This document shows, one piece after another, positions 1 through 9,215 of a DNA stretch of 61,794 nt (position 1 is its first letter; the number at the start of each line of letters is the position of its first letter). Position numbers and translations under genes: made by a program. The notes beneath the pieces are model-generated. The model did not search any database and had not been told where the DNA came from. It saw nothing but the letters and a program-made list of their open reading frames with translations. The DNA comes from Candidatus Daviesbacteria bacterium (GTDB lineage Bacteria > Patescibacteriota > Microgenomatia > Daviesbacterales > UBA10151): positions 1 to 61,794 of the forward strand of contig JAKFWZ010000070.1 of the NCBI GenBank assembly GCA_021731695.1, given 5' to 3'.

Positions 1-178
1 CCAGTGACAAGTTGCCTGGTGTAGTGAGTGAATTCTGCTTCAGATTTTCACATCCTGAAATGTTCGAAAATCCCCACTACTACTTGCTAATCACATTGCA
101 TCTTGTACCAACTCGTTAATATTACCCGAAACTAAGTTTTGAGTTTAATATCCGAATCTGTGTTGGTATTATTTATAC

Positions 179-883
179 ATGAAGTCGAAGTGGTTCCACT
201 TGAAAGAGATGGTGTCAAACGAAAGACGAATGGGAATGTCTCTGCGAGATGCAAGTAAAAAGTACGGAATACCATCTTCAACTTTAAGCGGATGGTTTAA
301 AAATGTATCGATTGAAGAAAAACATAAAACAAAATTAAGAAATAATTGGATTAAAGGTCTTATTAAGGCCAGAAACAAGGCTGTAGTTTCGAATAACTTG
401 CAGAAACAAAAGCGGTTAATGTTGGCTGAAAAGGAAGCTTTGTTTGCTCTTGCTGGAATTGATACAAGTCAAAAATACATTATTGAACTAGCATTAGCTT
501 TGCTTTACCTGGGGGAAGGGTTTAAAACACAGAATGGTACGGGAATGGGCAGTTCAGATCCTTTAATTCTAAGGTTTTTTGTGTTTGCCCTGATTGAAAT
601 TTACAAAGTTGAAATTGCTTCAATTAAATGCAGTTTGCATCTCAGGGCTGATCAGGATCCCGATAAAATGCAATATTACTGGGCTAATGAATTGAATTTA
701 CCCCTAAGTAATTTTACTAAATCCAGTGTTGATCTAAGGACTAAGGGTAGACCTACTTATCCGACTTACAATGGAGTTTGTGTGGTTCAATGTGGTAATA
801 TTTCAATTCAGCGAAAGTTAGTATACTTAAGCCGGATTTTTTGTGAGCGAGCGGTTAGCTCAGCTGGTAGAGCGCCTACTTGA
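179..883 (+). CDS. HTH + degenerate LAGLIDADG-like putative endonuclease, 3' end overlapping tRNA-Val
   Basis: N-terminal HTH-like segment (SLRDASKKYGIPSSTLSGWF) and LAGLIDADG-like helix LALALLYLGEG; TGA stop lies in the tRNA anticodon loop. Confidence 0.6.
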   Translation: MKSKWFHLKEMVSNERRMGMSLRDASKKYGIPSSTLSGWFKNVSIEEKHKTKLRNNWIKGLIKARNKAVVSNNLQKQKRLMLAEKEALFALAGIDTSQKYIIELALALLYLGEGFKTQNGTGMGSSDPLILRFFVFALIEIYKVEIASIKCSLHLRADQDPDKMQYYWANELNLPLSNFTKSSVDLRTKGRPTYPTYNGVCVVQCGNISIQRKLVYLSRIFCERAVSSAGRAPT

Positions 884-923
884 CGTGTAGGAGGTTTCAC
901 AGGTTCGAGCCCTGTACCGCTCA
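849..923 (+). tRNA. tRNA-Val(GAC)
   Basis: Acceptor gagcggt/accgctc, D-arm gctcagctggtagagc, anticodon arm cctac-ttGACgt-gtagg, T-arm acagg-ttcgagc-cctgt; variable region is 7 nt (aggtttc). Confidence 0.93.
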
Positions 924-942
924 CATATTACGAGTTGCTTAG

Positions 943-978
943 CTCCGCGGAGAAAAGTGTATTATCCCCTCGAGTCAC
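943..978 (+). repeat. Orphan att-like scar: hairpin + gtgtatt + tRNA-3'-end-like atcccctcgagtcac
   Basis: Same gtgtatt(a/g)tcc junction as the scars at 3592, 10299 and 12161, but the following sequence matches no tRNA in the window. Confidence 0.6.
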
Positions 979-982
979 AAGA

Positions 983-1687
983 TTAACCTTTTAACGCGTG
1001 AAGAATTTTACCTCTGGGATCTTCCGGTATCTCTTCCTGCTGGAGAGTAAATCCTAGTTCCTGCATATGTTTTTCGGCTTCACTGAGCCCGCTTTTTAAA
1101 GCAAAGCTAATAGCGAGAAGTTCAGGTTTTCCCTGGAGAATTGATTCTACTACTTCAGCTCCCCATGGAATTACCTGTAATTCCACTCCTGGTTTTAAAA
1201 CTCTATAGCTTTCGGAAGCACCTCTTTTTAATGCCTGAATATTTCTTGTTAGAAGTTCGCTAAAAGCAAGATTAGAAATTATAAGATCTACACTTGCATC
1301 ATCGAAAGGTAATGCGCTCATAGTTCCATTAATATATCTTTCAGGATTTGAAAGGATAGAAGTTCTAAATTCTGCCATAGTTTGTGTCGCGCCGATTATT
1401 TCGCCTTCAGGTAATGAGCCTCTGCTTAGATAAGCTTCTACATCTCGATATACTCTCCTGGGATTTTCATATCTTGGATCGATTGAATAAGCATCTGCAC
1501 CCAGTTCCAGGAGTCGAGCGGTCATATTTGATGCCCCTCCTCCAATATCAAGAATTCTCAATCCCAAAACACTTTGTGGAAAGCTGAATTGTGTTATAAG
1601 AGAGTCATAATCCATGGCTGAACAAGGCACTCTATACGCCGTCTCTCTTTCTCTCATTTGTGCTAATCTGTCGGGATTATAAGACAT
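983..1687 (-). CDS. Class I SAM-dependent methyltransferase
   Basis: Motif I ILDIGGGAS; ALPFDDASVDLIIS; YRVLKPG. Confidence 0.85.
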   Translation of the reverse strand: MSYNPDRLAQMRERETAYRVPCSAMDYDSLITQFSFPQSVLGLRILDIGGGASNMTARLLELGADAYSIDPRYENPRRVYRDVEAYLSRGSLPEGEIIGATQTMAEFRTSILSNPERYINGTMSALPFDDASVDLIISNLAFSELLTRNIQALKRGASESYRVLKPGVELQVIPWGAEVVESILQGKPELLAISFALKSGLSEAEKHMQELGFTLQQEEIPEDPRGKILHALKG

Positions 1688-1726
1688 AAATTGTATTATA
1701 GGATGTATCTAAGGTAAAGCAAAGTA

Positions 1727-2614
1727 TTATCCTGCTCCCTGTCCACCTGTTGAAGATAAAAATCCACCTTCTGCAACTTTATCCATATTCATATCAGGTG
1801 CCCCGCCGGCTGAAGCAATTTTTTGTTCTTTTTCCATTTTTTTAGCCTGTTTTTCCTGTGACTTCGTCGCAATTTCAAACATCGAGGAAGCATAAACTGT
1901 AATTCGTCCGAAACTATCCTTAATTCCCTTATACGATTCCTGACCGATTTTAGCGGTTTTGTTAATATTTTCCTTTTCAGCTGCATCCATTCTTGCTGCA
2001 TCTGCATTGGGGGCTGCTCCAACTTGTGCCTTAAGGCCCTCGTAAAAGGCTTTAATATTATTTTGTTTCTTCATATTCTCAGCTTTCTTTTCCGCAGCTT
2101 TTTGCGCCTTAACCGGATCTGTCTCAGCTTTTTCTTTCCTTTTGGCTTTTTTAGGTTTAACAATATCGAGCGTATCCATAAATATTTCGCCAAAAATTGC
2201 GAGGGCTCCAAAAAGACCTTTACCGATTTCCTTACCTGCGCTTCCTACATTAAGTTTAAATCCGGCTTCTTCTAAGCTTGAACCGCTGCCCTTCAAATTA
2301 TCCTCAGGCGTAAACATATCCTTAAATTCATTCTGGTGGAAGTTTTGATTTTGAGAAATTTCCAAATTCTCTAGTACTCTTCTCTCTGTAAGCTCCATCT
2401 GAACAACAGGAGTTTCAACGGCTGTTTGTTTGAGATCCTCTGTCCTTAAATTATAAAAGTCAGCCCAATTGTTAGAGATTTCCTGTTTATGCGCCTCTGT
2501 ATACGTAACCTCTGTATTATCAGGTTCTGCCTGTTCAAATTCAGTAATGTTTTCGATATTTTTAAAAAGATTATCGTTTGAGATGCCTGGAGAAGGGGTT
2601 TGTGTAGGATTCAT
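1727..2614 (-). CDS. Hypothetical protein (charged, coiled-coil-rich)
   Basis: 295-aa ORF, no recognised motif. Confidence 0.7.
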   Translation of the reverse strand: MNPTQTPSPGISNDNLFKNIENITEFEQAEPDNTEVTYTEAHKQEISNNWADFYNLRTEDLKQTAVETPVVQMELTERRVLENLEISQNQNFHQNEFKDMFTPEDNLKGSGSSLEEAGFKLNVGSAGKEIGKGLFGALAIFGEIFMDTLDIVKPKKAKRKEKAETDPVKAQKAAEKKAENMKKQNNIKAFYEGLKAQVGAAPNADAARMDAAEKENINKTAKIGQESYKGIKDSFGRITVYASSMFEIATKSQEKQAKKMEKEQKIASAGGAPDMNMDKVAEGGFLSSTGGQGAG

Positions 2615-2711
2615 GTATATGTATTATATCATTGAAAGTGAAGCTGATCAAATAACTATAAGATACGAGTTCTGTGAACAGTATTCTGATAAGTTCCGAT
2701 TCTTTTTAAAG

Positions 2712-2752
2712 AGTATTACATAATTGACAAAGTAATACTTTATATATATAGT
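2712..2752 (+). promoter_or_regulatory. Sigma70 promoter of the TA operon with overlapping palindromic operator
   Basis: TTGACA 2724-2729, 17-nt spacer, TATAGT 2747-2752; agtattac-N12-gtaatact inverted repeat straddles the -35. Confidence 0.75.
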
Positions 2753-2758
2753 AATATC

Positions 2759-3013
2759 ATGCAGTTTACAACATCAGTAACTCAAAAGGGGCAGGCTACG
2801 ATCCCTGCAGCTATCCGTAAAGTTTTAGGCATAAAAACAAATACTAAAATTGTCTTTGAGCTTAAAAATAAAAACGAGGCTGTAATCAGACCTGTCACGG
2901 ATTTCTTTTCCCTAAAAGGCTCTGTTAAAACGGATAAACCGTTTGATTTAAGTGCCATGGAAAAAGCCATAGGCGATGACATTGTTAAAAAATATGTCAA
3001 AAAATCTTCTTGA
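2759..3013 (+). CDS. AbrB/MazE/SpoVT-family antitoxin
   Basis: TSVTQKGQATIPAAIRKVLGIK..TKIVFE signature; overlaps the downstream PIN gene. Confidence 0.88.
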   Translation: MQFTTSVTQKGQATIPAAIRKVLGIKTNTKIVFELKNKNEAVIRPVTDFFSLKGSVKTDKPFDLSAMEKAIGDDIVKKYVKKSS

Positions 3014-3386
3014 CACTAATTTAATTATCCGTTTCCTGGTTAATGATGATTCCGAAAAAGTTAAAAAAGTCGAGGATCTGCTAAGGAATACAGATAATAC
3101 GAACATATTGCCTGACACAATTATTGCAGAGATAATTTGGGTTTTGAGTTCCTACTATTACCTTCAGAAATCTGAAATTACCGAAAAAATTAAAGCCTTA
3201 ATTCATGTGGAGTCTGTAGATTGCAACGCGGTACTGATTAATAAAGCGCTTTCGTTGTGGGAGGAGAATAATATTTCCTATGTAGATTCATATCTGGCTG
3301 CTATAGCTGAGCTTGGAAACATTACTCTTTTGTCGTATGATCGTAATTTGAAATCTGTAAGTTCAATTACAGTGAGAGAGCCGTAA
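2994..3386 (+). CDS. PIN-domain (VapC-like) toxin
   Basis: LLDTNLIIRFL, IIAEIIWVL, SYVDSYLAA, LLSYDR; start moved to ATG 2994. Confidence 0.88.
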   Translation: MSKNLLDTNLIIRFLVNDDSEKVKKVEDLLRNTDNTNILPDTIIAEIIWVLSSYYYLQKSEITEKIKALIHVESVDCNAVLINKALSLWEENNISYVDSYLAAIAELGNITLLSYDRNLKSVSSITVREP

Positions 3387-3405
3387 GATAAAGCATTGCA
3401 TAGAA

Positions 3406-3486
3406 GCCCGAGTGGTGAAATGGTATACACGATAGATTTAGGATCTATTGCCGCAAGGCGTGGAGGTTCAAGTCCTCTCTCGGGCA
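3406..3486 (+). tRNA. tRNA-Leu(TAG)
   Basis: gcccgag/ctcgggc acceptor, ataga-ttTAGga-tctat, long variable arm gccgcaaggc, T-arm. Confidence 0.95.
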
Positions 3487-3616
3487 CAAGTTTTGGGTTC
3501 TGCACTTTGTGCAGGTTCCAAAAATTTTGACGGAGCATGAGGCTTTAATCAAATCTATGATTTGGTTCAGCTTCCCGCCTTGGCGGGATGAGTGTATTGT
3601 CCTCTCTCGGGCACAA
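3472..3616 (+). mobile_element. tRNA-3'-duplicating mini-element, copy 1 (18-nt direct repeat, 127-bp period)
   Basis: gtcctctctcgggcacaa at 3472-3489 and 3599-3616; conserved core tttaatcaaatctatgatttggttcagc-hairpin-gtgtatt. Confidence 0.8.
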
Positions 3617-4411
3617 TCAACTGAATCTTTTAACAGCAGAGGCATGAGCTTTGTTTTCCAGTTCATCATCTAATGCCTTTAATTCAATCTCTTTACCATA
3701 TTTAACCTCTAAAGCTTTTTTAATTAACCAATCAGCTAATTCAGGATTCTTTGGCAAAAGTGAGCCGTGCATATAGCAGCCGATTGCATTCTTATATATA
3801 CAGCCTTCGGTTCTGTCCTCGCCATTATTTCCAAATCCTTTTATCAGTTTGCCTAAAGGTTTTGCACCCTGTCTGCCGGCCGGCAGGCCTTCATTAAGAA
3901 AAGTGCGGCCGGAATGGTTTTCGAAACCCACTAAAAGGTTATGAGTTATGGGAGCTGGGTTATGTGAATTATTTTTACTCATAACTCCTAACTCATCACT
4001 CATAACTTTGATTACAATATTCCCAATCATTCTCTCCTCCGATGCATTTGTGTATGCAGGGAAGATTCCAACACCTTTTAATTTTTCGCCTTCCTCAGGT
4101 GCGTAATAATCGCCTAATAGCTGATATCCGCCGCAGATTGATAAAAGCGGAACTCCTCTTTCAATTTCTTCTTTTAAAATAGGGCCTTTTTTAATTAAGT
4201 CTTTGGCTACTGCAATTTGGGATTCATCCTGCCCCCCGCCAAAGAAATACAAATCTGCATCACCTTTTTTAAACCCTGATCCAACTGAAATCTGTTTTAA
4301 TTCTACTTCAATTCCCCGCCACTCACTTCGTTTTTGCAGCGCAATAATATTCCCGGTGTCCCCGTAAATATTCATTAAATCGCCGTATAAATAGCCGATT
4401 GTTAGTTTCAT
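3617..4411 (-). CDS. gatD: GatD, CobQ-like glutamine amidotransferase (peptidoglycan amidation); carries two in-frame repeat insertions
   Basis: LYGDLMNIYGDTGN, ICGGYQLLG, GFENHSG, YMHGSLLPKNP; immediately downstream of murT. Confidence 0.92.
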   Translation of the reverse strand: MKLTIGYLYGDLMNIYGDTGNIIALQKRSEWRGIEVELKQISVGSGFKKGDADLYFFGGGQDESQIAVAKDLIKKGPILKEEIERGVPLLSICGGYQLLGDYYAPEEGEKLKGVGIFPAYTNASEERMIGNIVIKVMSDELGVMSKNNSHNPAPITHNLLVGFENHSGRTFLNEGLPAGRQGAKPLGKLIKGFGNNGEDRTEGCIYKNAIGCYMHGSLLPKNPELADWLIKKALEVKYGKEIELKALDDELENKAHASAVKRFS

Positions 4412-4423
4412 AGCTTGTTTTTC

Positions 4424-4506
4424 GTCATTGCGATATCGCGAAGCGAAGAAGCAATCTCAGTAAGCTCTGGGATTGCCGCGTCGGCCCAAGGTCTCCTCGC
4501 AATGAC
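4424..4506. repeat. REP-like inverted element (gtcattgcg...gcaatc / gattgc...cgcaatgac)
   Basis: Terminal gtcattgcg/cgcaatgac inverted repeats; same family as 23583, 23946 and 25830. Confidence 0.8.
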
Positions 4507-4508
4507 GC

Positions 4509-5792
4509 TCATTCCTTCCAGTATTCCTTCTTAACTCCTTTTTTAACTAAGATCTTTTGTAATTCTAAAAGCGCAGTGTACGTTGGTAATATAAATAGTC
4601 TGCCTTTTGTTGATTTAACAGCTTTATCGAATACCTGTTCAATATCAGATTCGATTGCCGGAACCGGAAAATCAGCATATTTAAGTCTTAGAGCCATATC
4701 AAGCGATCGTGTCCCTGACACGTAAAGCTGATAGCTGTGGGCCCCCGAAGGGGAAGATGGCTGATAGCTTTCAAATGGAATATCCCAAATCCATGAAACA
4801 TCTTTTCCGTCTGCAAAATTATCGTTTAAAGCAAGTATCAGTGAATCCTGCGGAGTTAAAGCGGGCATAACAGTTTGCATAACCTGAGTTGCTCCAACCG
4901 GATTTTTAATTAAGAAAATATAACCTTCCTTCCCGTTAAGTAAAAACTTTTCGCTTCTGCCGAAAGATGAACTTAAATCTTTAAGGCTCCCGGCCTGGGA
5001 TTCATTTAAGTTGCCTATCAGATACTTTGCAGCTAAGGCCGCGGTTGCATTACAGACATTGTAATCACCGGGAATTGATATAGAAACCGGAGTATTGAAT
5101 TTGTCTGCTATGAAATGAAAGTCCGAATCTGAAAATGTAGTTTTTAAATCGACTGCTTTAAAATCTGCTTTTCTTATGCCTGAAGACTTTTTCTCTCCCG
5201 GAATAGTGAGTCCTTCGACAGTAAAATTATAAGTTTCTTTACCTGTTTTCGCTAAAGAATTTAAACTCCCGTCATCAGTATTTATAAGTAGTTTAGTTTT
5301 ATCCGGAAGCTTTTTTAGAGTGTTTAACCACTTATTAACTATCGAATCAACTTCACCATAACGATCAAGCTGATCTCTGTAAACATTCAGCAGGATTATT
5401 AAATCGGGCTTTATTTTAGGGGCAAGAGTATTAAATGCAGCCTCATCAACCTCCCAAATTGCCACCTGTTCCTTAATTTTTCCGTTTAATGAGGCATGTT
5501 TAATTAGAACAGAAGCAATCCCCCTTTCTAAATTTGACCCCGTTTTATTTCTTATTACCTCGATTCCTTCTGATTTGTATAGTTGAGCGAGCATTCCCGA
5601 GGTAGTAGTTTTACCATTTGTACCTGTAATAATAATTTGTTTTGGAATTTGAGACGAGAGACCCTGAATCAGATTGGAATCAACTTTTAGCGCATAAAGA
5701 CCTGAAGCCGCGAATCCTCCGCCTAATTTAAGTGTTCGCGAAAGAAAGAATGTCAATTTGCCTAAAAAAATAGCTGCGATGGTTTTGAACAT
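4509..5792 (-). CDS. murT: MurT, Mur ligase-like subunit with DUF1727 C-terminal domain
   Basis: ITGTNGKTTT P-loop, EVDEA, RDQLDRYGE, LIKNPVG, ADGKDVSWIWD, PTYTALL. Confidence 0.93.
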   Translation of the reverse strand: MFKTIAAIFLGKLTFFLSRTLKLGGGFAASGLYALKVDSNLIQGLSSQIPKQIIITGTNGKTTTSGMLAQLYKSEGIEVIRNKTGSNLERGIASVLIKHASLNGKIKEQVAIWEVDEAAFNTLAPKIKPDLIILLNVYRDQLDRYGEVDSIVNKWLNTLKKLPDKTKLLINTDDGSLNSLAKTGKETYNFTVEGLTIPGEKKSSGIRKADFKAVDLKTTFSDSDFHFIADKFNTPVSISIPGDYNVCNATAALAAKYLIGNLNESQAGSLKDLSSSFGRSEKFLLNGKEGYIFLIKNPVGATQVMQTVMPALTPQDSLILALNDNFADGKDVSWIWDIPFESYQPSSPSGAHSYQLYVSGTRSLDMALRLKYADFPVPAIESDIEQVFDKAVKSTKGRLFILPTYTALLELQKILVKKGVKKEYWKE

Positions 5793-5826
5793 GCAGCATA
5801 ATTATAACCTCAATAGAGCTCAATTG

Positions 5827-6495
5827 TTAATTTAATATATCAATTCTAAACGTATGATTTACGTTCGCAAGAGTTGCCTTAAGATTTCTTGTTTCAGGCA
5901 AATCAGATGTAAGCTCAGTATTAACAAGCTCAAGTTCAGCAAGTTCAACGTCAAACGGATAGTTAGCTGCATATTTTTCAATATCGTTCATAAAGAAGTT
6001 AACATGAGTTCCCCAAGTTTTAGATGAGGCATATTTTTTGTTCATCGAAAAAGGCTCCGTATAACCTTTATCTACGTAATTTTCTTTAAGTCCTTTTGAG
6101 ATTGTAAAAATAGCTTCTCTCCATGATTTAAATTTCAAAACATTATCTCCGTAAACTCCCCATCCCCAACCGTTGTATGAAGTGTATAAAGGATCATGTC
6201 CTCCAGGAATAGCTTTACCGAAAGTAGATTCAGTACCGGCAATAGACGCAACAAGTCTCCAGTCAAGTTCGTACTGGTCTGCCGCATCAATAAAGTCTTG
6301 TGCGTTATTTTCTAAAGGTGAATTATGTTTGGCTAAATAATCCTTTAAGATAAGAACTCTTTTATCGACAGGTTTAGCCTCTATTGTCATCAACTGCTCA
6401 TCAGCAGCGTACACAGGTTTGACCCCTGTTATTAATGTAGGAAGGGCTAATTGAGAAAGGACTAAAAGACCCAAAAGTATTTTTTGAAGTTTCAT
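5827..6495 (-). CDS. Secreted glucosaminidase/lysozyme-like cell-wall hydrolase
   Basis: Signal peptide; DFIDAADQYELDWRLVASIAGTESTFGK and YNGWGWG motifs. Confidence 0.7.
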   Translation of the reverse strand: MKLQKILLGLLVLSQLALPTLITGVKPVYAADEQLMTIEAKPVDKRVLILKDYLAKHNSPLENNAQDFIDAADQYELDWRLVASIAGTESTFGKAIPGGHDPLYTSYNGWGWGVYGDNVLKFKSWREAIFTISKGLKENYVDKGYTEPFSMNKKYASSKTWGTHVNFFMNDIEKYAANYPFDVELAELELVNTELTSDLPETRNLKATLANVNHTFRIDILN

Positions 6496-6670
6496 AATTG
6501 TTTTTCTGTTAACAAGCTGTGTTTATGACTTTGCAAGCTTTGCTTATGAACAGAATCTCGAAGCTTTGGGTTAATCTCCAAGATTGAATTGAATAGTATA
6601 TACTATGAGCCTTAATTTGTCAAATAATTAGGGCGTAGCTAATCCTAGAAGATGGCTTTTAGGGCTAAAC

Positions 6671-7951
6671 TTATTCTTTCCTTGAAGGTTTGAGTTTAAG
6701 TATCCGTTCCCAGCTAATCTTAGGAAAATTAGGACTTTCAAGCAGTGACAAATGTATTCCCCTTGGTTCAGAGAATTTTGAGCTGACTTTTGGTCCTTCT
6801 AGAAGTCTCTGAAGTACACTTTCATACCACTTTCTAAAATCCTCAGCGTCATCCTCTGGAACTGTGTTAAATGCATCTTGAGCCATTGACATAAATTCTT
6901 CAGGATCAATATACTGTGGGTCTCTAAGTTGCACTGGGGTTAATGGGTTGGTAAATATTCTTCTAAGCTTCCTTTGCCGATCTTCCAGCCTTTCTATGAT
7001 GACATCGTTTGAGTACACTGCAGTTCTAATTGCGTCTTTTCCGTATCCTTCTTCTGCTACGATACCGAATCCGTTTTCTCTAATAACACTTGGTATTTTT
7101 CGCTTGTCATCAGCTTGATGATATAGTTGTGCTAGTTCGTCAACCTTCTTCTGTGAAAAACCTTTATCTCTAAGGTACCCTAATACACTTACTACTTCAT
7201 CCGGGCTAGGAAAAAACGAAAAATCGCGTTGATCACGGACCCAAAATTTATCTAGGACGAATAGATAGTAAACTCTACCTTCAAAATACACAGTGATGCC
7301 GCCTTTATCGTAGGGACCACCCTCATTGTGCTCTCTTATGTATTCTTTTTTATATGGATTTGGTTCAGTTATTGTTACGAATGGCAGCCTGAGTCTCTCG
7401 GCATGACCTTTAAAGAGTTGAGCAAGGTCTTCATCAAGGAAATCTTTGGTTTCTGTTGTTTTAGCAAAGAATCCCGCCAGTTCTAATCTTGAGGTGCCGG
7501 CACTACCGTAGGCTATAATTTCATTATAAGAGCCTCTTCCGGTTTGACGTAATATATCTTCAGGAGCTGGAACACTCATATTTTGCGCCTGGCGAATTAA
7601 TAAATTTCTATTGTATAGATGAGCACCAATGTCATGGTTTGATCCCATTAATAAATTAGCAGAAGGAACTCCAACTATAAGGCCAGCCTGACCCCAGGTT
7701 CCAGTGTGATTTTGGTCTATAAGGGACATTGATAGAGCAATTCTTCCAGATAATCCCTCCGGAGATTGTGATAAATTTATACTCTGATCGCCCTCTAGCG
7801 ACTTAGTTATTTCAGATCTTATTTGCTCTTGTGCTGCGAGTGTGTTCATATGCACTCTGGATGCTGGATTTATAGCATGTACTAGGTATCTGAAATTTTG
7901 AGTGTCATGCTGATCAGGATTAGTCGTAGAACCCCAATTTGTTTCTTTCAT
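6671..7951 (-). CDS. Hypothetical protein (orphan)
   Basis: Long ORF; TATAAT 7 nt upstream of ATG 7951. Confidence 0.7.
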   Translation of the reverse strand: MKETNWGSTTNPDQHDTQNFRYLVHAINPASRVHMNTLAAQEQIRSEITKSLEGDQSINLSQSPEGLSGRIALSMSLIDQNHTGTWGQAGLIVGVPSANLLMGSNHDIGAHLYNRNLLIRQAQNMSVPAPEDILRQTGRGSYNEIIAYGSAGTSRLELAGFFAKTTETKDFLDEDLAQLFKGHAERLRLPFVTITEPNPYKKEYIREHNEGGPYDKGGITVYFEGRVYYLFVLDKFWVRDQRDFSFFPSPDEVVSVLGYLRDKGFSQKKVDELAQLYHQADDKRKIPSVIRENGFGIVAEEGYGKDAIRTAVYSNDVIIERLEDRQRKLRRIFTNPLTPVQLRDPQYIDPEEFMSMAQDAFNTVPEDDAEDFRKWYESVLQRLLEGPKVSSKFSEPRGIHLSLLESPNFPKISWERILKLKPSRKE

Positions 7952-8011
7952 GATCAAGATTATAGCAAAAATTTACGTATAATACAAACTATAGGTTAAT
8001 TGCGAATTACG

Positions 8012-9016
8012 TTAAATTTTAAGAAGAGTTTGGGCTAGTACTTCAGGGTCATGTCTTAAAAGATGTTCTTTTGGTGAATATTTTGCCAGGTTGGCTTTTA
8101 TAATCTTGGCATTAGAAGCTATTTTTTTAATCTCAGCTTCATCTAGTTTAACCTGCATCTGTCCTTCTTTGGCATACAGCTTTTCGATATCTGAATCAAT
8201 TGAATCCGCATTCGCCACAATATAATCAATTCGATTACCGTCACCGAGATAAAACGAAAGAGCCTTTATAAAATCGGAAGCTTTAAAAGAATCAGTTTCA
8301 CCCCTCTTGGTCATTAAATTTAAAACAAAAATTAATTTAGCTTTTGAAGAATTGATAGCTTCGGCAACTCCGTTCACTAAAAGATGAGGCAATATAGAAG
8401 TATAAAGGTCTCCTGCAGAAAGAACAATTTTATCAGCTTGGGCAATTTCTTCTAAAGCTTTAGGATTTGCATCAGCCTGAGAATCAAAATAGATCCTTGA
8501 AATCTTATCTTTTGGTTTAAATTCCTCTCCTTCGCCACGAGTATCGATAAGAGTTTCGCCTTCAATAACGTTTCCGTCAACAGTTTTAGCGCATAGCTCC
8601 AAATCTGATAAAGACACCGGAACGACCTGACCCCTGACTCTAAATAATGCACGGGCTGCATCTAATCCTCTGTCGGCTCCCTGATATAAAAGTTGTAATT
8701 GGGACTGAATAAGATTTCCTAAAGCATGCCCCTTTAGAGGGCCGTCTACTTCTTTAAACCTTTCATTAAATAATCTTTGGGCGACCTGACGCTGGGCATC
8801 ATCTTCCATTAAAGCCAGTAAGCACTGTCTCGTATCTCCCGGAGGTAAAACTCCCATTTCAACCCTAAGTCTTCCTGAGCTTCCGCCAGAATCCCAGGTT
8901 CCGGTTATCGCAATAATAAGTTCAGGATTGTTTTCATCGACTAAACCACGAAGTAAAGAATAGTGTCCAGTCCCCCCGCCAAGTGTGACTATTTTCTGAT
9001 CAGTTTTGCTCATCAT
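8012..9016 (-). CDS. yvcK: YvcK/GlmR-family UDP-GlcNAc-binding protein (CofD-like)
   Basis: IVTLGGGTG, DSGGSSGRLR, PPGDTRQCL, GHALGNL, NLMTKRGET; start trimmed so it does not overlap tRNA-Leu. Confidence 0.9.
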   Translation of the reverse strand: MMSKTDQKIVTLGGGTGHYSLLRGLVDENNPELIIAITGTWDSGGSSGRLRVEMGVLPPGDTRQCLLALMEDDAQRQVAQRLFNERFKEVDGPLKGHALGNLIQSQLQLLYQGADRGLDAARALFRVRGQVVPVSLSDLELCAKTVDGNVIEGETLIDTRGEGEEFKPKDKISRIYFDSQADANPKALEEIAQADKIVLSAGDLYTSILPHLLVNGVAEAINSSKAKLIFVLNLMTKRGETDSFKASDFIKALSFYLGDGNRIDYIVANADSIDSDIEKLYAKEGQMQVKLDEAEIKKIASNAKIIKANLAKYSPKEHLLRHDPEVLAQTLLKI

Positions 9017-9090
9017 TCCCACTAAAGATACCACAATACCGCAAGAGTGGGAAATAAAAGATTTTTGGGGTAGAATTGGATAACTTCTTC

Positions 9091-9173
9091 GCCCCGGTGC
9101 TGGAATGGTAGACAGGCTAGCCTCAGAAGTTAGTGCCAGCAATGGCGTGGGAGTTCAAATCTCCCCCGGGGTA
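9091..9173 (+). tRNA. tRNA-Leu(CAG)
   Basis: gccccgg acceptor, ctagc-ctCAGaa-gttag, long variable arm, T-arm. Confidence 0.95.
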
Positions 9174-9215
9174 CAAGATTGACTTTCGGTAAAACTTTGG
9201 ATATGTTAACTTAGC

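Noticed and set aside
8012-9142. N-terminal extension of yvcK through tRNA-Leu(CAG)
   Set aside because: The extension is the antisense of the tRNA. Homology starts at MSKTDQKIVTLGGG.
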